This document shows, piece by piece, positions 37,311 through 45,450 of a stretch of 64,000 bases of DNA (within the stretch, counting starts at the first letter, position 1; each line of letters starts with the position of its first letter). The notes below the pieces were generated by a model. The model was not told where the DNA came from. It did not search any database and saw only the letters and a program-made list of their open reading frames with translations. The stretch lies in NCBI GenBank assembly GCA_034926785.1, contig JAYFQU010000027.1, forward strand, positions 11,400-75,399, written 5' to 3'. This stretch comes from Christensenella sp. (GTDB taxonomy: Bacteria; Bacillota; Clostridia; Christensenellales; CAG-138). The position numbers and the translations under genes were made by a program.

Positions 37311-38564
37311 TTACGGCACGTTATGAATCTCTACAACCGTATGTGTTTTTCTGGATTCCTCTGCCGCGATGCAGATCAGATGACTCTGAACCGCATCCCG
37401 TATGGAGCTCTTAACCGCGCCTTCTTCCCCGCGCTCCATGCGCACAAAGGAAGCGATCAGCCCCATGTCCCCGCCGCCGTGTCCGTCACCCATACCGCCG
37501 GGCAGCGGATTCTCCGTCGTTCGCACGGCGCCGGTGCGGAAGTCGGTCACCTCAATCGTCTCATCAGACATCTTGGCGCGGATTTCGCCATGCGAACCCA
37601 TGATGTGAATTGTTCGCCCGTGGCGATAGTCCGTAAACGCGGAAACGGTCATAGTCGCCGTTACGCCGCCCTCAAACTCCAACACAGTGGATTGATGATC
37701 CACCACGTCGTTGTCGCAATGGTAGACGCATCTGCCATATGGCCCTTCGCGCAAGGCTTTCAGGCGGCCTTCGGTGCTGATATCGTCCGTAATGACCGAG
37801 ACCGGCCACCCGGTAAGAAACGGAATCAAGTAGAGCCGCGCCGCGCTATACGGGCAGGTTGACGCAACAGAGCAGTCAAGACAGCGCGCCGCGCTGCCTT
37901 CCGGTGCATTCTCGGCGGTAAAGTGTTTCAGGCTGCCAAAGGAAGCGACGCGAAGGCAGTCTCTGCCGACGAGGTAGAGCAGGATATCCGTATCATGACA
38001 GCTTTTGGCAAGAATCATGGGGCTTGTTTCGTCCTCACGGCGCCAATTGCCGCGCACAAAACTATGCGCCATATGCCAGTAGCCGATGTTCTCACTATGA
38101 GAAATGTTGACCACATCGCCAATCTCGCCGCTGTCGATAATGGCTTTCAACGTGTTAAAAAACCGCGTATAGCGCAGCACATGGCAGACCGCCGCGCGCC
38201 TGCCCGTGCGGACAGAGGTATCGTAGATACGCCTGAGTTCCGATTCGGTCTTTGCGATGGGCTTTTCGAGAAGAACGTCGTAGCCGCGCTCCATCGCGAG
38301 GCATGCGGGGTCAACATGTTCGTTGTCCTGCGTGGCGACGAGCACGGCGTCCGCCTCGATTCCAGCGGAGAGCGCCTCGCGCCAGTCGGTAAAAACGGCG
38401 TTTGCGGGCAGACCATAGCGGGCGGCAAATGCGCTTCTTCTCGCGTCTCGCGGCTCCGCAACGGCGACGATCTTGAGCTGATCCGGAGCTAGAAGAGCGT
38501 ATGGCGCATAGGCGTCCATACCGCGCGCGCCAGCGCCAAGAATGATCATACGAACAGGATTCAT
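37311..38564 (-). CDS. Gfo/Idh/MocA family oxidoreductase
   Basis: VRMIILGAGARG Rossmann N-terminus and EKP motif (LLEKPIA). ATG 38564 lies behind GAAAGGAA. Confidence 0.85.
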   Translation of the reverse strand: MNPVRMIILGAGARGMDAYAPYALLAPDQLKIVAVAEPRDARRSAFAARYGLPANAVFTDWREALSAGIEADAVLVATQDNEHVDPACLAMERGYDVLLEKPIAKTESELRRIYDTSVRTGRRAAVCHVLRYTRFFNTLKAIIDSGEIGDVVNISHSENIGYWHMAHSFVRGNWRREDETSPMILAKSCHDTDILLYLVGRDCLRVASFGSLKHFTAENAPEGSAARCLDCSVASTCPYSAARLYLIPFLTGWPVSVITDDISTEGRLKALREGPYGRCVYHCDNDVVDHQSTVLEFEGGVTATMTVSAFTDYRHGRTIHIMGSHGEIRAKMSDETIEVTDFRTGAVRTTENPLPGGMGDGHGGGDMGLIASFVRMERGEEGAVKSSIRDAVQSHLICIAAEESRKTHTVVEIHNVP

Positions 38565-38672
38565 GAGCCGGATTCCTTTCTGCACAAAACTGAACGCAGC
38601 GGAACCTGTATCTGCAACTCCGCTAGGTTCAGTTTAGCACGAACAGGAGGAAATGCAAGGCGGGATCACATA

Positions 38673-38702
38673 GAAAAATATCCGGCATCTGTTCCATGCC
38701 GG
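38673..38702 (-). terminator. Rho-independent terminator after the small membrane protein gene
   Basis: Minus strand reads CCGGCAT-ggaacag-ATGCCGG followed by ATATTTTTC. Confidence 0.7.
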
Positions 38703-38743
38703 ATCTGTTTGACGGCTTCTCTGGGATCGTTTCTCGAAATCTC

Positions 38744-38962
38744 TTACTGTGCGTCTTTTTTCAGCGGCAGACCGACCACATAGATCAACCCAACCAGATT
38801 AAAGAAGAATCCCGTGAAAAAATAACCGCGATACCCCTTCTTTCCCGCAAGCTTCGCGGTCAGGATGCCGTTGATAATCGCCGGAATGAACAGCACGATG
38901 AGCCACAGATACCAATAGTTTGCCATAGCGGATTGCATGCCGGATAAATATGTCGGATCCAT
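38744..38962 (-). CDS. Small membrane protein (72 aa, 2 TM)
   Basis: MDPTYLSGMQSAMANYWYLWLIVLFIPAIINGIL... ATG 38962 sits 8 nt after GGAGG. No family recognised. Confidence 0.5.
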   Translation of the reverse strand: MDPTYLSGMQSAMANYWYLWLIVLFIPAIINGILTAKLAGKKGYRGYFFTGFFFNLVGLIYVVGLPLKKDAQ

Positions 38963-39077
38963 TACGATTGCCTCCATTCCTTTTTTGCTTATCATACTAC
39001 TTCTATGGATAGAGTCAATTGTTTTTTCTCTGTCTGCGCTGGTGCTGAATCGCCAATCGCCTATTTGGAACACGCCG

Positions 39078-39635
39078 TTATTCCGCCCGTCTCTCCGGCG
39101 CAAAATACCCTTCGAGGCAATAGAGCGTAAATTTGTGCGGATGGCCTTCCTCCTCGCACTTCAACCGCAAGCAACATGGGCAAAGGTCGTCCAGCTTTGC
39201 ATCGAGCAGCCCTTTTTCCTCAAAGCGTGCATAGAGATACTTGAGGTACTTGCCCTCTGCGATGCGGCTGTGTTCATTCTTGTGCTCCAAGCCTTTCCAC
39301 TCGTAGAGACCCTTTGCGCCCTTGCTGGAATTGCAGCTTTTGCAAACGCGAACCACATTATCCGGCACATTCTCGCCCCCGCGGGAGCGCGGCAGAATGT
39401 GCTCCGTCGTCAGCGGTCCCTCCTGCCCGCAATAGATGCAGACATGCGGTTTCTCCATCTCAAGCAACCACTCGCTCACGGAGGTTGACCAGACGATTCT
39501 ACCGTCCTTTAGCTTGTTCATAAAGCTGGTGCGCAGCGGCCACTCGCGTTTATCGCCCGTAGCCGCGCCGGTCATGATTGCGGCATATTGCCAATAGAGT
39601 AAATCCCGTACTGTTTTCACCATGGCAGGAGGCAT
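39078..39635 (-). CDS. HNH endonuclease (stand-alone)
   Basis: CIYCGQEGPLTTEHILPRSRGGENVPDNVVRVCKSCNSSKG is the HNH/CxxC zinc motif. It has its own extended -10 (TGGTATAAT) and a GGGGA RBS. Confidence 0.85.
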   Translation of the reverse strand: MPPAMVKTVRDLLYWQYAAIMTGAATGDKREWPLRTSFMNKLKDGRIVWSTSVSEWLLEMEKPHVCIYCGQEGPLTTEHILPRSRGGENVPDNVVRVCKSCNSSKGAKGLYEWKGLEHKNEHSRIAEGKYLKYLYARFEEKGLLDAKLDDLCPCCLRLKCEEEGHPHKFTLYCLEGYFAPERRAE

Positions 39636-39711
39636 ATCGGTTCCCCTTTGTCGTTATTTGACTGCATTATACCATTGTGAAGCGCAACGCAAAACCTTTC
39701 TGTGTTTTTGG

Positions 39712-39740
39712 CCAAAATCCCGCCTCAAGGCGGGAAAAAG
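39712..39740 (-). terminator. Terminator after the DUF3021 gene
   Basis: CCCGCC-tcaa-GGCGGG flanked by A/T runs on both sides. Confidence 0.7.
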
Positions 39741-39751
39741 AAAAGGAACCG

Positions 39752-40210
39752 TTATTTCTGAATTTTCTCGTTCATCTCTTTTACGCGCTTCTTCATCGCG
39801 GAATACTGTGAAAGCCAAATCGCGAGGTATACGGCGAAGAAGATACCGAAGTAAAGCAGAATTCCGCCGACCGTATGCGGCATCCAGCGCGCGATATATG
39901 CAATCGGCAAGGTTGCCAGCGAAGTGATTACAAGATGCACAACGGTCATCCTGAGCAGGCTCCACCCCTCTGCATCCCAGACAACGGATACGCCCGCCCA
40001 GGCGGCACCATAGATCATCGAAAGCACGGCCTGCAGAATAACAGCGTTGATCTCGCTGCCCATGTCGTTAATCAGTGACGGAACAACGGCGTAATACCGC
40101 CCGTCGCCCACCGTGAGCGAGATCGCGATGGTGATCACAGAGCTGATTGCGAGCCCCAGCGGCGCGCCGAGCAAGCAACGCTTAAGAACTTCCTTCTTCA
40201 TAATCATCAA
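39752..40210 (-). CDS. DUF3021 membrane protein (putative LytTR-regulator inhibitor)
   Basis: 152 aa, 4 TM helices. It lies immediately downstream of a LytTR-only regulator, the arrangement seen in HdrRM/BrsRM-type systems. Confidence 0.7.
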   Translation of the reverse strand: MMIMKKEVLKRCLLGAPLGLAISSVITIAISLTVGDGRYYAVVPSLINDMGSEINAVILQAVLSMIYGAAWAGVSVVWDAEGWSLLRMTVVHLVITSLATLPIAYIARWMPHTVGGILLYFGIFFAVYLAIWLSQYSAMKKRVKEMNEKIQK

Positions 40211-40216
40211 ATCCTC

Positions 40217-40657
40217 CTATAGTCCCAGCACCTGTTTGATTTTGCCAACATACCTGCGCGAAACATAGGTAACCTTGCCGCTCTTCATCCGCACGCAGAT
40301 CGTGCCTGCAAAGCTCAGGTCAAACCCGCGAATCCACGAGAGGTTAACGATCTCCGCGTTTGAGATTCGAACGAATTTCTTCGCGTCCAATCGCTCCTCC
40401 AGCTCGTAGAGCCGGAGCCGTAACGAAAACCGTCCGTCAGGAGTTTCCGCAAACACCTTGCCTCCTTCGGCATACATGCGCTGGATATCCCCCTCGGAAA
40501 GCAGCACCGCCTCCTCGTCCCGAAATCCAACGACGACCTCAGGCGTATCCTGTGAGAGCTTGCGGACGATCGTCTGTACCTCGTCCGTCACCTTGTCCGT
40601 GTAGACGACGACCATCGGTTCACGGCAGGCCGCGTCCACCTTCACCTCAATCTTCAT
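40217..40657 (-). CDS. LytTR family DNA-binding protein (no receiver domain)
   Basis: 146 aa. FVRISNAEIVNLSWIRGF...VSRRYVGKIKQVLG is the LytTR domain pattern. Confidence 0.85.
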   Translation of the reverse strand: MKIEVKVDAACREPMVVVYTDKVTDEVQTIVRKLSQDTPEVVVGFRDEEAVLLSEGDIQRMYAEGGKVFAETPDGRFSLRLRLYELEERLDAKKFVRISNAEIVNLSWIRGFDLSFAGTICVRMKSGKVTYVSRRYVGKIKQVLGL

Positions 40658-40721
40658 TGATGTACCTCCCCGCTACGAATGCAGTATACTAAACTCCGTT
40701 TTTTACCGCGACCGGTTTGGG

Positions 40722-40754
40722 ATAGTCGGTCGTTTTTTGCAGGTAGTCGGCTGT
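40722..40754. promoter_or_regulatory. Direct repeats, candidate LytTR binding site
   Basis: TAGTCGGTCGTT (40722-40733) and TAGTCGGCTGTT (40743-40754), start-to-start spacing 21 bp, 65-100 bp upstream of the LytTR gene. Confidence 0.5.
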
Positions 40755-40826
40755 TCTCAGACATCCGCGGAACAGCCCGTCTCCTTGTAGCCCATTGTAC
40801 AAAAAAACACGCCGGGTGTCCGGCGT

Positions 40827-40996
40827 CAGCCCATCGACAAAGTCCCGCGGACTCTGCCGATGGGTTTTACTTTGGGTTAAAATGACGCGAATCGCGCCAT
40901 TTTTTCACAAATTCGGCGAATGAATCGCCAAATTTGAAGGAACATGGGGGATTTTCGAAATCCCCCAACCCCCTACCGGGTTTGCTGATGCTCTGC
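40827..40996 (-). mobile_element. Family-X MITE-like structured repeat, copy 2 (170 bp)
   Basis: Differs from copy 1 by 5 substitutions and one 1-nt indel. Bracketed by 17-nt direct repeats CGCCGGKTGTCCGGCGT at 40810-40826 and 40997-41013. Confidence 0.75.
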
Positions 40997-41029
40997 CGCC
41001 GGTTGTCCGGCGTATTGTTGTTATTTGCA

Positions 41030-41722
41030 TTATTCGGAGAACGCAAAATCCGCCGCCGATCCGGCATGAATCTTTGTGGTGTCAAAGAGCGGCAACGATA
41101 CATCTTCCTGCGATACGATAAGGCCCAACTCCGTGCAGCCAAGCAGAATCCCCTCCGCCCCGCGGCGATGCAGATTCGCAATCACGCGCAGATATGCCGC
41201 GCGCGAGTCGTCCTTGACGACACCAAGGCAGAGTTCGTAGAAGATCACACGATTGACGAGGTCGATGCCGTCATCTTCGGGAATAATAACCTCGATGCCT
41301 CGCTCCTCAAGCTTCTCACGGTAGAATGTCTGCGTCATGGTGTATTTGGTGCCGAGCAGTCCCACCCGCCTGATTCCTTGCGCGAGAAGCGCATCCGCTG
41401 CCGCCTCCGCGATGTGCAACAGCGGGATTGATATCTGCGACTGCACCTGAGGAGCCACCTTGTGCAGGGTGTTTGTGCAAATGAGTACGCAATCCGCACC
41501 CGCCTGCTCCAACCGTTTTGCAACCCCGCCGAGCAGCTGCGCCGCGCTTTCCCATTCGCCGCGGGCCATGAGCGCTTCCATTTCATAAAAATCCACGCTA
41601 TAGAGCAGAATCTTTGCCGAATGAAGGCCGCCGAGCCGGTTTTTTGCCGCCTCATTGAGCAGTTCATAGTAGGTAACCGTGCTTTCCCAACTCATACCGC
41701 CGATCAGTCCAATCGTTTTCAT
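41030..41722 (-). CDS. Aspartate/glutamate racemase family protein
   Basis: IGLIGGMSWEST and LGCTELG motifs. Start trimmed to ATG 41722 (MKTIGLIGG) behind GGGAGGAG, overlapping the upstream GNAT stop as ATGA. Confidence 0.88.
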   Translation of the reverse strand: MKTIGLIGGMSWESTVTYYELLNEAAKNRLGGLHSAKILLYSVDFYEMEALMARGEWESAAQLLGGVAKRLEQAGADCVLICTNTLHKVAPQVQSQISIPLLHIAEAAADALLAQGIRRVGLLGTKYTMTQTFYREKLEERGIEVIIPEDDGIDLVNRVIFYELCLGVVKDDSRAAYLRVIANLHRRGAEGILLGCTELGLIVSQEDVSLPLFDTTKIHAGSAADFAFSE

Positions 41723-42234
41723 GCCTGCTCCTCCCATGTTTTTGACTGTTCCGCGCCGCTTAGCCCCGCGAGTTGCTCCAGCGACGCCCCCGCGACGCGA
41801 TAGACCGTCCATTCATCCATCGGCACCGCGCCGAGCGAACGATAGAAATCGATGCTTGGCTGGTTCCAGTCGAGACACGCCCACTCCAACCTGCCGCAGC
41901 CGCGCTCCTGCGCGATCTGCGCGAGTCGTGCCAAGATCGCCTTACCGTACCCCTTGCCGCGATGCTCCGGCAAAACGAACAAATCCTCCAGGTAGATTCC
42001 GCCTCTGCCGAGGAACGTGGAAAAATTATGAAAGTACAGGGCAAACCCGACTTCAACCCCGTCCTCCACCGCGAAGAACGCCTCCGCGACGCGTTTTTTA
42101 AATAGCCAGTCGCACAAAGTATCCTCATCCGCGATGACAAGGTCGAGCATGTGTTCATAATTCGCGAGCGCGCGGATAAACCGCAGCAGCAGCGTTGTGT
42201 CATCGCGCATAGCATTGCGAAAGAATACGGCCAT
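41719..42234 (-). CDS. GNAT family N-acetyltransferase
   Basis: VLPEHRGKGYGKAILARLAQIAQERG is the acetyl-CoA binding motif. Start probably ATG 42234 (MAVFFRNAMRDD). Confidence 0.85.
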   Translation of the reverse strand: MAVFFRNAMRDDTTLLLRFIRALANYEHMLDLVIADEDTLCDWLFKKRVAEAFFAVEDGVEVGFALYFHNFSTFLGRGGIYLEDLFVLPEHRGKGYGKAILARLAQIAQERGCGRLEWACLDWNQPSIDFYRSLGAVPMDEWTVYRVAGASLEQLAGLSGAEQSKTWEEQA

Positions 42235-42291
42235 TGAGTCCCCCCCTGTTCCTGCGGCATATGCCGCGCGGAGTTGCATTCGCATGGTACG

Positions 42292-42320
42292 AAAAAAGCC
42301 GTTTACTCGCGTAATCGGCT
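42292..42320 (-). terminator. Rho-independent terminator after tRNA-Arg
   Basis: Minus strand reads AGCCGATTAC-gcg-AGTAAACGGCT followed by TTTTTT. Confidence 0.75.
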
Positions 42321-42334
42321 TTCATCGTTTTACT

Positions 42335-42410
42335 TGGCGCGCCTGGCAGGATTTGAACCTGCGACCTACCGGTTCGTAGCCGGGCACTCTATCCACTGAG
42401 CTACAAGCGC
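42335..42410 (-). tRNA. tRNA-Arg (anticodon ACG)
   Basis: Reverse complement GCGCTTGTAGCTCAGTGGATAGAGTGCCCGGCTACGAACCGGTAGGTCGCAGGTTCAAATCCTGCCAGGCGCGCCA folds as a cloverleaf with anticodon loop CTACGAA and an encoded CCA. Confidence 0.92.
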
Positions 42411-42435
42411 ATGGTCACGTTCAACGTGCTTTATC

Positions 42436-42464
42436 ATTTTAGCCAGATAGGGATCGATTGTCAA
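42436..42464 (-). promoter_or_regulatory. Promoter of tRNA-Arg
   Basis: Minus strand reads TTGACA (42459-42464), 17 nt, TAAAAT (42436-42441), about 25 nt upstream of the tRNA 5' end. Confidence 0.7.
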
Positions 42465-42581
42465 CCCTTTTCGCGCGATTGCCCACGACTTATTTTTCAT
42501 TTGCGTTCGGTGACGAAAAACACATCCCAATCCACACGATCCATGCTAAAATTTAAACATCGTGATAACCCAAGACAGTGG

Positions 42582-43319
42582 CTAGATGCATCGCCCGCCA
42601 TCGACCGAAAGCACCTGCCCCGTGATAAACGAGGATTCCTCTGTGCCGAGAAAATAAGCGGCTGACGCAACGTCCTCCGGGCGGCCGGCGCGAAGCAGAG
42701 GCGTCTCCTCACAGATGCCTTGAATCACCTCTTGAGAAAAGCACTGCGTCATTTCGGTGAGCACAAACCCGGGTGCGATGCAGTTCACGCGGATGCCGCT
42801 CGGCGCAACCTCTTTCGCAAGCGCCTTGGTGTAGCCGATCATTGCCGCCTTTGAGGCGGAGTAAGGCACTTCGCAGGATCCGCCTGTCACGCCCCACATG
42901 GAGGAAATATTCACGATGGCGCCGCGCTTTTGCGAAACCATTTCGGGCAGCACGGCGTTTGTAACCAGAAACATGCCTGTGGTGTTGATTGCAAACACGC
43001 GGTTCCAGTCGGCCAGAGCGGTATCGGTGACGAGCTGCGTCGGCAGCGCGATCCCCGCGTTGTTGACCAGAACGTCGATGAATCCGAGGCGCTCTTGCAC
43101 CTGCGCGACCATCGTTTTCACCTCGGCTTCGCAGGCAATATCCCCCCGTGCCAACAGAACCGAACAGCCTGCCGAGGCAAGCTCTTCAAAGAGGGCGCAC
43201 GCCGCGTTCTCCCGCTCATGATAATGAATCGCAACACGGTGCCCCTCCTGGGCGAACCGCCTTGCGATGCACGCGCCGATGCCGCGCGAAGACCCTGTGA
43301 CCAAAACCGTATGTTTCAT
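42582..43319 (-). CDS. SDR family oxidoreductase (FabG-like 3-oxoacyl-ACP reductase type)
   Basis: VLVTGSSRGIG, NNAG, and YSASKAA catalytic Tyr/Lys. 245 aa. Confidence 0.9.
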   Translation of the reverse strand: MKHTVLVTGSSRGIGACIARRFAQEGHRVAIHYHERENAACALFEELASAGCSVLLARGDIACEAEVKTMVAQVQERLGFIDVLVNNAGIALPTQLVTDTALADWNRVFAINTTGMFLVTNAVLPEMVSQKRGAIVNISSMWGVTGGSCEVPYSASKAAMIGYTKALAKEVAPSGIRVNCIAPGFVLTEMTQCFSQEVIQGICEETPLLRAGRPEDVASAAYFLGTEESSFITGQVLSVDGGRCI

Positions 43320-43385
43320 ACGGATATTTTAGCAAACCGCGATGGATTGCGCAATGCGGCGCAGTCCGTACGGAAAGGATTTCCT

Positions 43386-44219
43386 ATGGAGCGGACAACA
43401 CTTTATCTAGGCTGCCATCTGAGCAATGCCAAGGGTTATGCGGCCGCGGGCCGCGTCGCCCTCTCGATTGGCGCCAACACATTTCAGTTTTTTACGCGCA
43501 ATCCGCGCGGCGGTAATGCAAAGGCGATTGATCCGGACGATGCAGACGCGCTGAACACACTCGCGCGCGAGCACCAGTTCGGCACGTTGGTCGCGCATGC
43601 GCCCTATACGCTGAACCTCAGCTCCGCCGACCCCAGGGTGCGGGATTTTGCCTATCGCTGTCTCGGCGAGGATCTTGCGCGCATGGAGTATTTCCCAGGG
43701 CAGGTCTATAATCTGCATCCCGGCAGCCACGTCGGTCAGGGCATCTCAACAGGAATCCGCCAGACGGTCAACCTGATCAACGAAATCCTCGCGCCGGGAC
43801 AATCAACCACCGTGTTGTATGAAACCATGTCCGGCGGCGGATCGGAAATCGGCGGCAGTTTTGAGCAGATTGCCGAGCTGTTGAGCGGAACTGCGTTGCA
43901 GAACCGAATCGGCGTTTGTCTGGACACCTGCCACGTATTTGCGGCGGGATACGACGTAAAAAACGATCTGGACGGCGTGCTTGAAACGTTTGACAAAATC
44001 GTCGGCCTGCGCTGGCTAAAAGCGCTGCACCTCAACGACAGCCTGTTTGACCTCGGGTTCGGCAAGGACCGGCACGCGCGTATTGGCGAGGGATTCATCG
44101 GTCTCGACGTCATGCGGAGGATAGCCCGTCACGAAGCGTTTCGCGGTCTGCCGATGATTCTTGAAACCCCGAATGAGCCACCGGAGCACGGAGAAGAAAT
44201 TCGGCAATTGCGCGCATAG
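43386..44219 (+). CDS. nfo: Deoxyribonuclease IV (endonuclease IV)
   Basis: GCHLS...ANTFQFFTRNPRG...VAHAPYTLNL...LHPGSH...CLDTCHVFAAGYD...LHLNDS is the Nfo TIM-barrel metal-ligand pattern. The track ORF starts 152 codons too early, antisense to the SDR gene. Confidence 0.93.
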   Translation: MERTTLYLGCHLSNAKGYAAAGRVALSIGANTFQFFTRNPRGGNAKAIDPDDADALNTLAREHQFGTLVAHAPYTLNLSSADPRVRDFAYRCLGEDLARMEYFPGQVYNLHPGSHVGQGISTGIRQTVNLINEILAPGQSTTVLYETMSGGGSEIGGSFEQIAELLSGTALQNRIGVCLDTCHVFAAGYDVKNDLDGVLETFDKIVGLRWLKALHLNDSLFDLGFGKDRHARIGEGFIGLDVMRRIARHEAFRGLPMILETPNEPPEHGEEIRQLRA

Positions 44220-44240
44220 CATATTTCCTCCCGCTTCGCG

Positions 44241-44320
44241 CTGGCAAAGCCGGCACAGCCGGATTTTATGGATGCAGGGTCTCGCCCCTTCACAATTCCG
44301 GAGCTTTTTTTGCGCGCTGG
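44241..44320 (+). repeat. Family-Y repeat, partial copy C (3' ~80 nt only)
   Basis: GCTGGCAAAGCCGGCACAGCCGGA...CCGGAGCTTTTTTTGCGCGCTG aligns with the 3' 80 nt of copies A and B through the shared blocks GGCAAAGCC, CAGCCGGA and CCGRGnCTTTTTT. Confidence 0.55.
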
Positions 44321-44342
44321 AACCCCAGCTTCCGCGGGGGTT
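44321..44342. terminator. Stem-loop shared by convergent nfo and glycosyltransferase genes
   Basis: AACCCC-agcttccgcg-GGGGTT followed by GTGTTGTTTAT. Confidence 0.55.
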
Positions 44343-44352
44343 GTGTTGTTTA

Positions 44353-45450
44353 TCACGTTTGCTCAAAGATCTCCGCGTGTACGCGCGCCATTGCCTCAAC
44401 CGTATAACCACGCACGGTTTTCAGGCCCTCCTCGGCAATGCGATTACGATGCTTTTCATCCGTCAGTAAACGGTTGACATACGCAACGATCGGTTCCCAG
44501 GTATCAACCGGTATCAGGTATCCATTTTCTCCAGAACGAATCATCTCACATCCGGCAACGCATCCATCGGTCGTGATGACGGGCACGCCGCGCGCCATCG
44601 CCTCGTTGACCACGAGGCCCCAAACATCCTCCCGCGTGGGTAAAACGAAAACATCCGCGGCGGTATAGTAGTCCGTCAACGAATCATGATCACAAAAAGG
44701 TATGAAATGTATGTTTTTCAGGCCATTCTGATGAACAAGATCAAGCCACTCAATCGGCGGATTACCACCGATTATATAAACGCCTGTGTCTTGAGCAAAT
44801 GATGCTGCCGCGCGAATCAGCAAATCAAATCCTTTTCTATGTACTGGTTTCCCGACGCCCAGTACCATATTCTTATACGGAATTCCAAGAGATTCTCGAA
44901 GAGATTTCCTTTGGTCTGACATAGCCGCTACGTCCAGCACATCACGTTCCGAAACGGATGTAAATGGATAACGCACGATAAGGTCACTTGGAATACCAAA
45001 CGATTTAAAAAAATTGTCTGTCTGCTTTCCCGTACTCCAGTATCGACGCGCACCCCTTATCAGCAGTTTTTTTATTGCGTGCAGAAGGAATTTATCTTTT
45101 CGCTTCACCCCACCATCTAATTCCATGTCATAGGGAATACCACGCAGCTTAAGCATTAAAATTGCAACCGCTTCAGTAAAGTACGCATAATTTGTCACGA
45201 TGACGAAATCATATACTCCGCGCTCTAGATACCGCAGTATACTCCAATCCACTTGATGTTCCCGTATGTTTCCTTCCCTTAGAAAGATCGCGCGAAAATT
45301 TTTTACCTCATCAAGATTATAATTAAAAACTGTAAAAGGTGTCGTTTTCGCCTCGAAAATGACAGTTAGATCCACATATTCCCCAAGTCTATTGAAAAAA
45401 TCGATTCGATATGGGGCAGGAATATTATTGATAAACAATACTTTTTTCAT
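44353..45450 (-). CDS. Glycosyltransferase family 4 (GT-B, GT1/GT4 type)
   Basis: C-terminal domain has FVLPTREDVWGLVVNEAMARGVPVITT, the EX7E region. 365 aa. The 5' two-thirds is low GC. Confidence 0.88.
   Translation of the reverse strand: MKKVLFINNIPAPYRIDFFNRLGEYVDLTVIFEAKTTPFTVFNYNLDEVKNFRAIFLREGNIREHQVDWSILRYLERGVYDFVIVTNYAYFTEAVAILMLKLRGIPYDMELDGGVKRKDKFLLHAIKKLLIRGARRYWSTGKQTDNFFKSFGIPSDLIVRYPFTSVSERDVLDVAAMSDQRKSLRESLGIPYKNMVLGVGKPVHRKGFDLLIRAAASFAQDTGVYIIGGNPPIEWLDLVHQNGLKNIHFIPFCDHDSLTDYYTAADVFVLPTREDVWGLVVNEAMARGVPVITTDGCVAGCEMIRSGENGYLIPVDTWEPIVAYVNRLLTDEKHRNRIAEEGLKTVRGYTVEAMARVHAEIFEQT

Noticed and set aside
40867-41431. ORFs of 104 aa (minus strand) and 165 aa (plus strand) spanning family-X copy 2
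   Set aside because: They run through the repeat and into the racemase gene in other frames. The frames are not preserved in copy 1 because of the 1-nt indel, and no RBS is present.
42930-43385. N-terminal 152 codons of the 429-aa ORF that contains nfo
   Set aside because: This part is antisense to the SDR gene. The Nfo homology begins at MERTTLYLGCHLS (ATG 43386).
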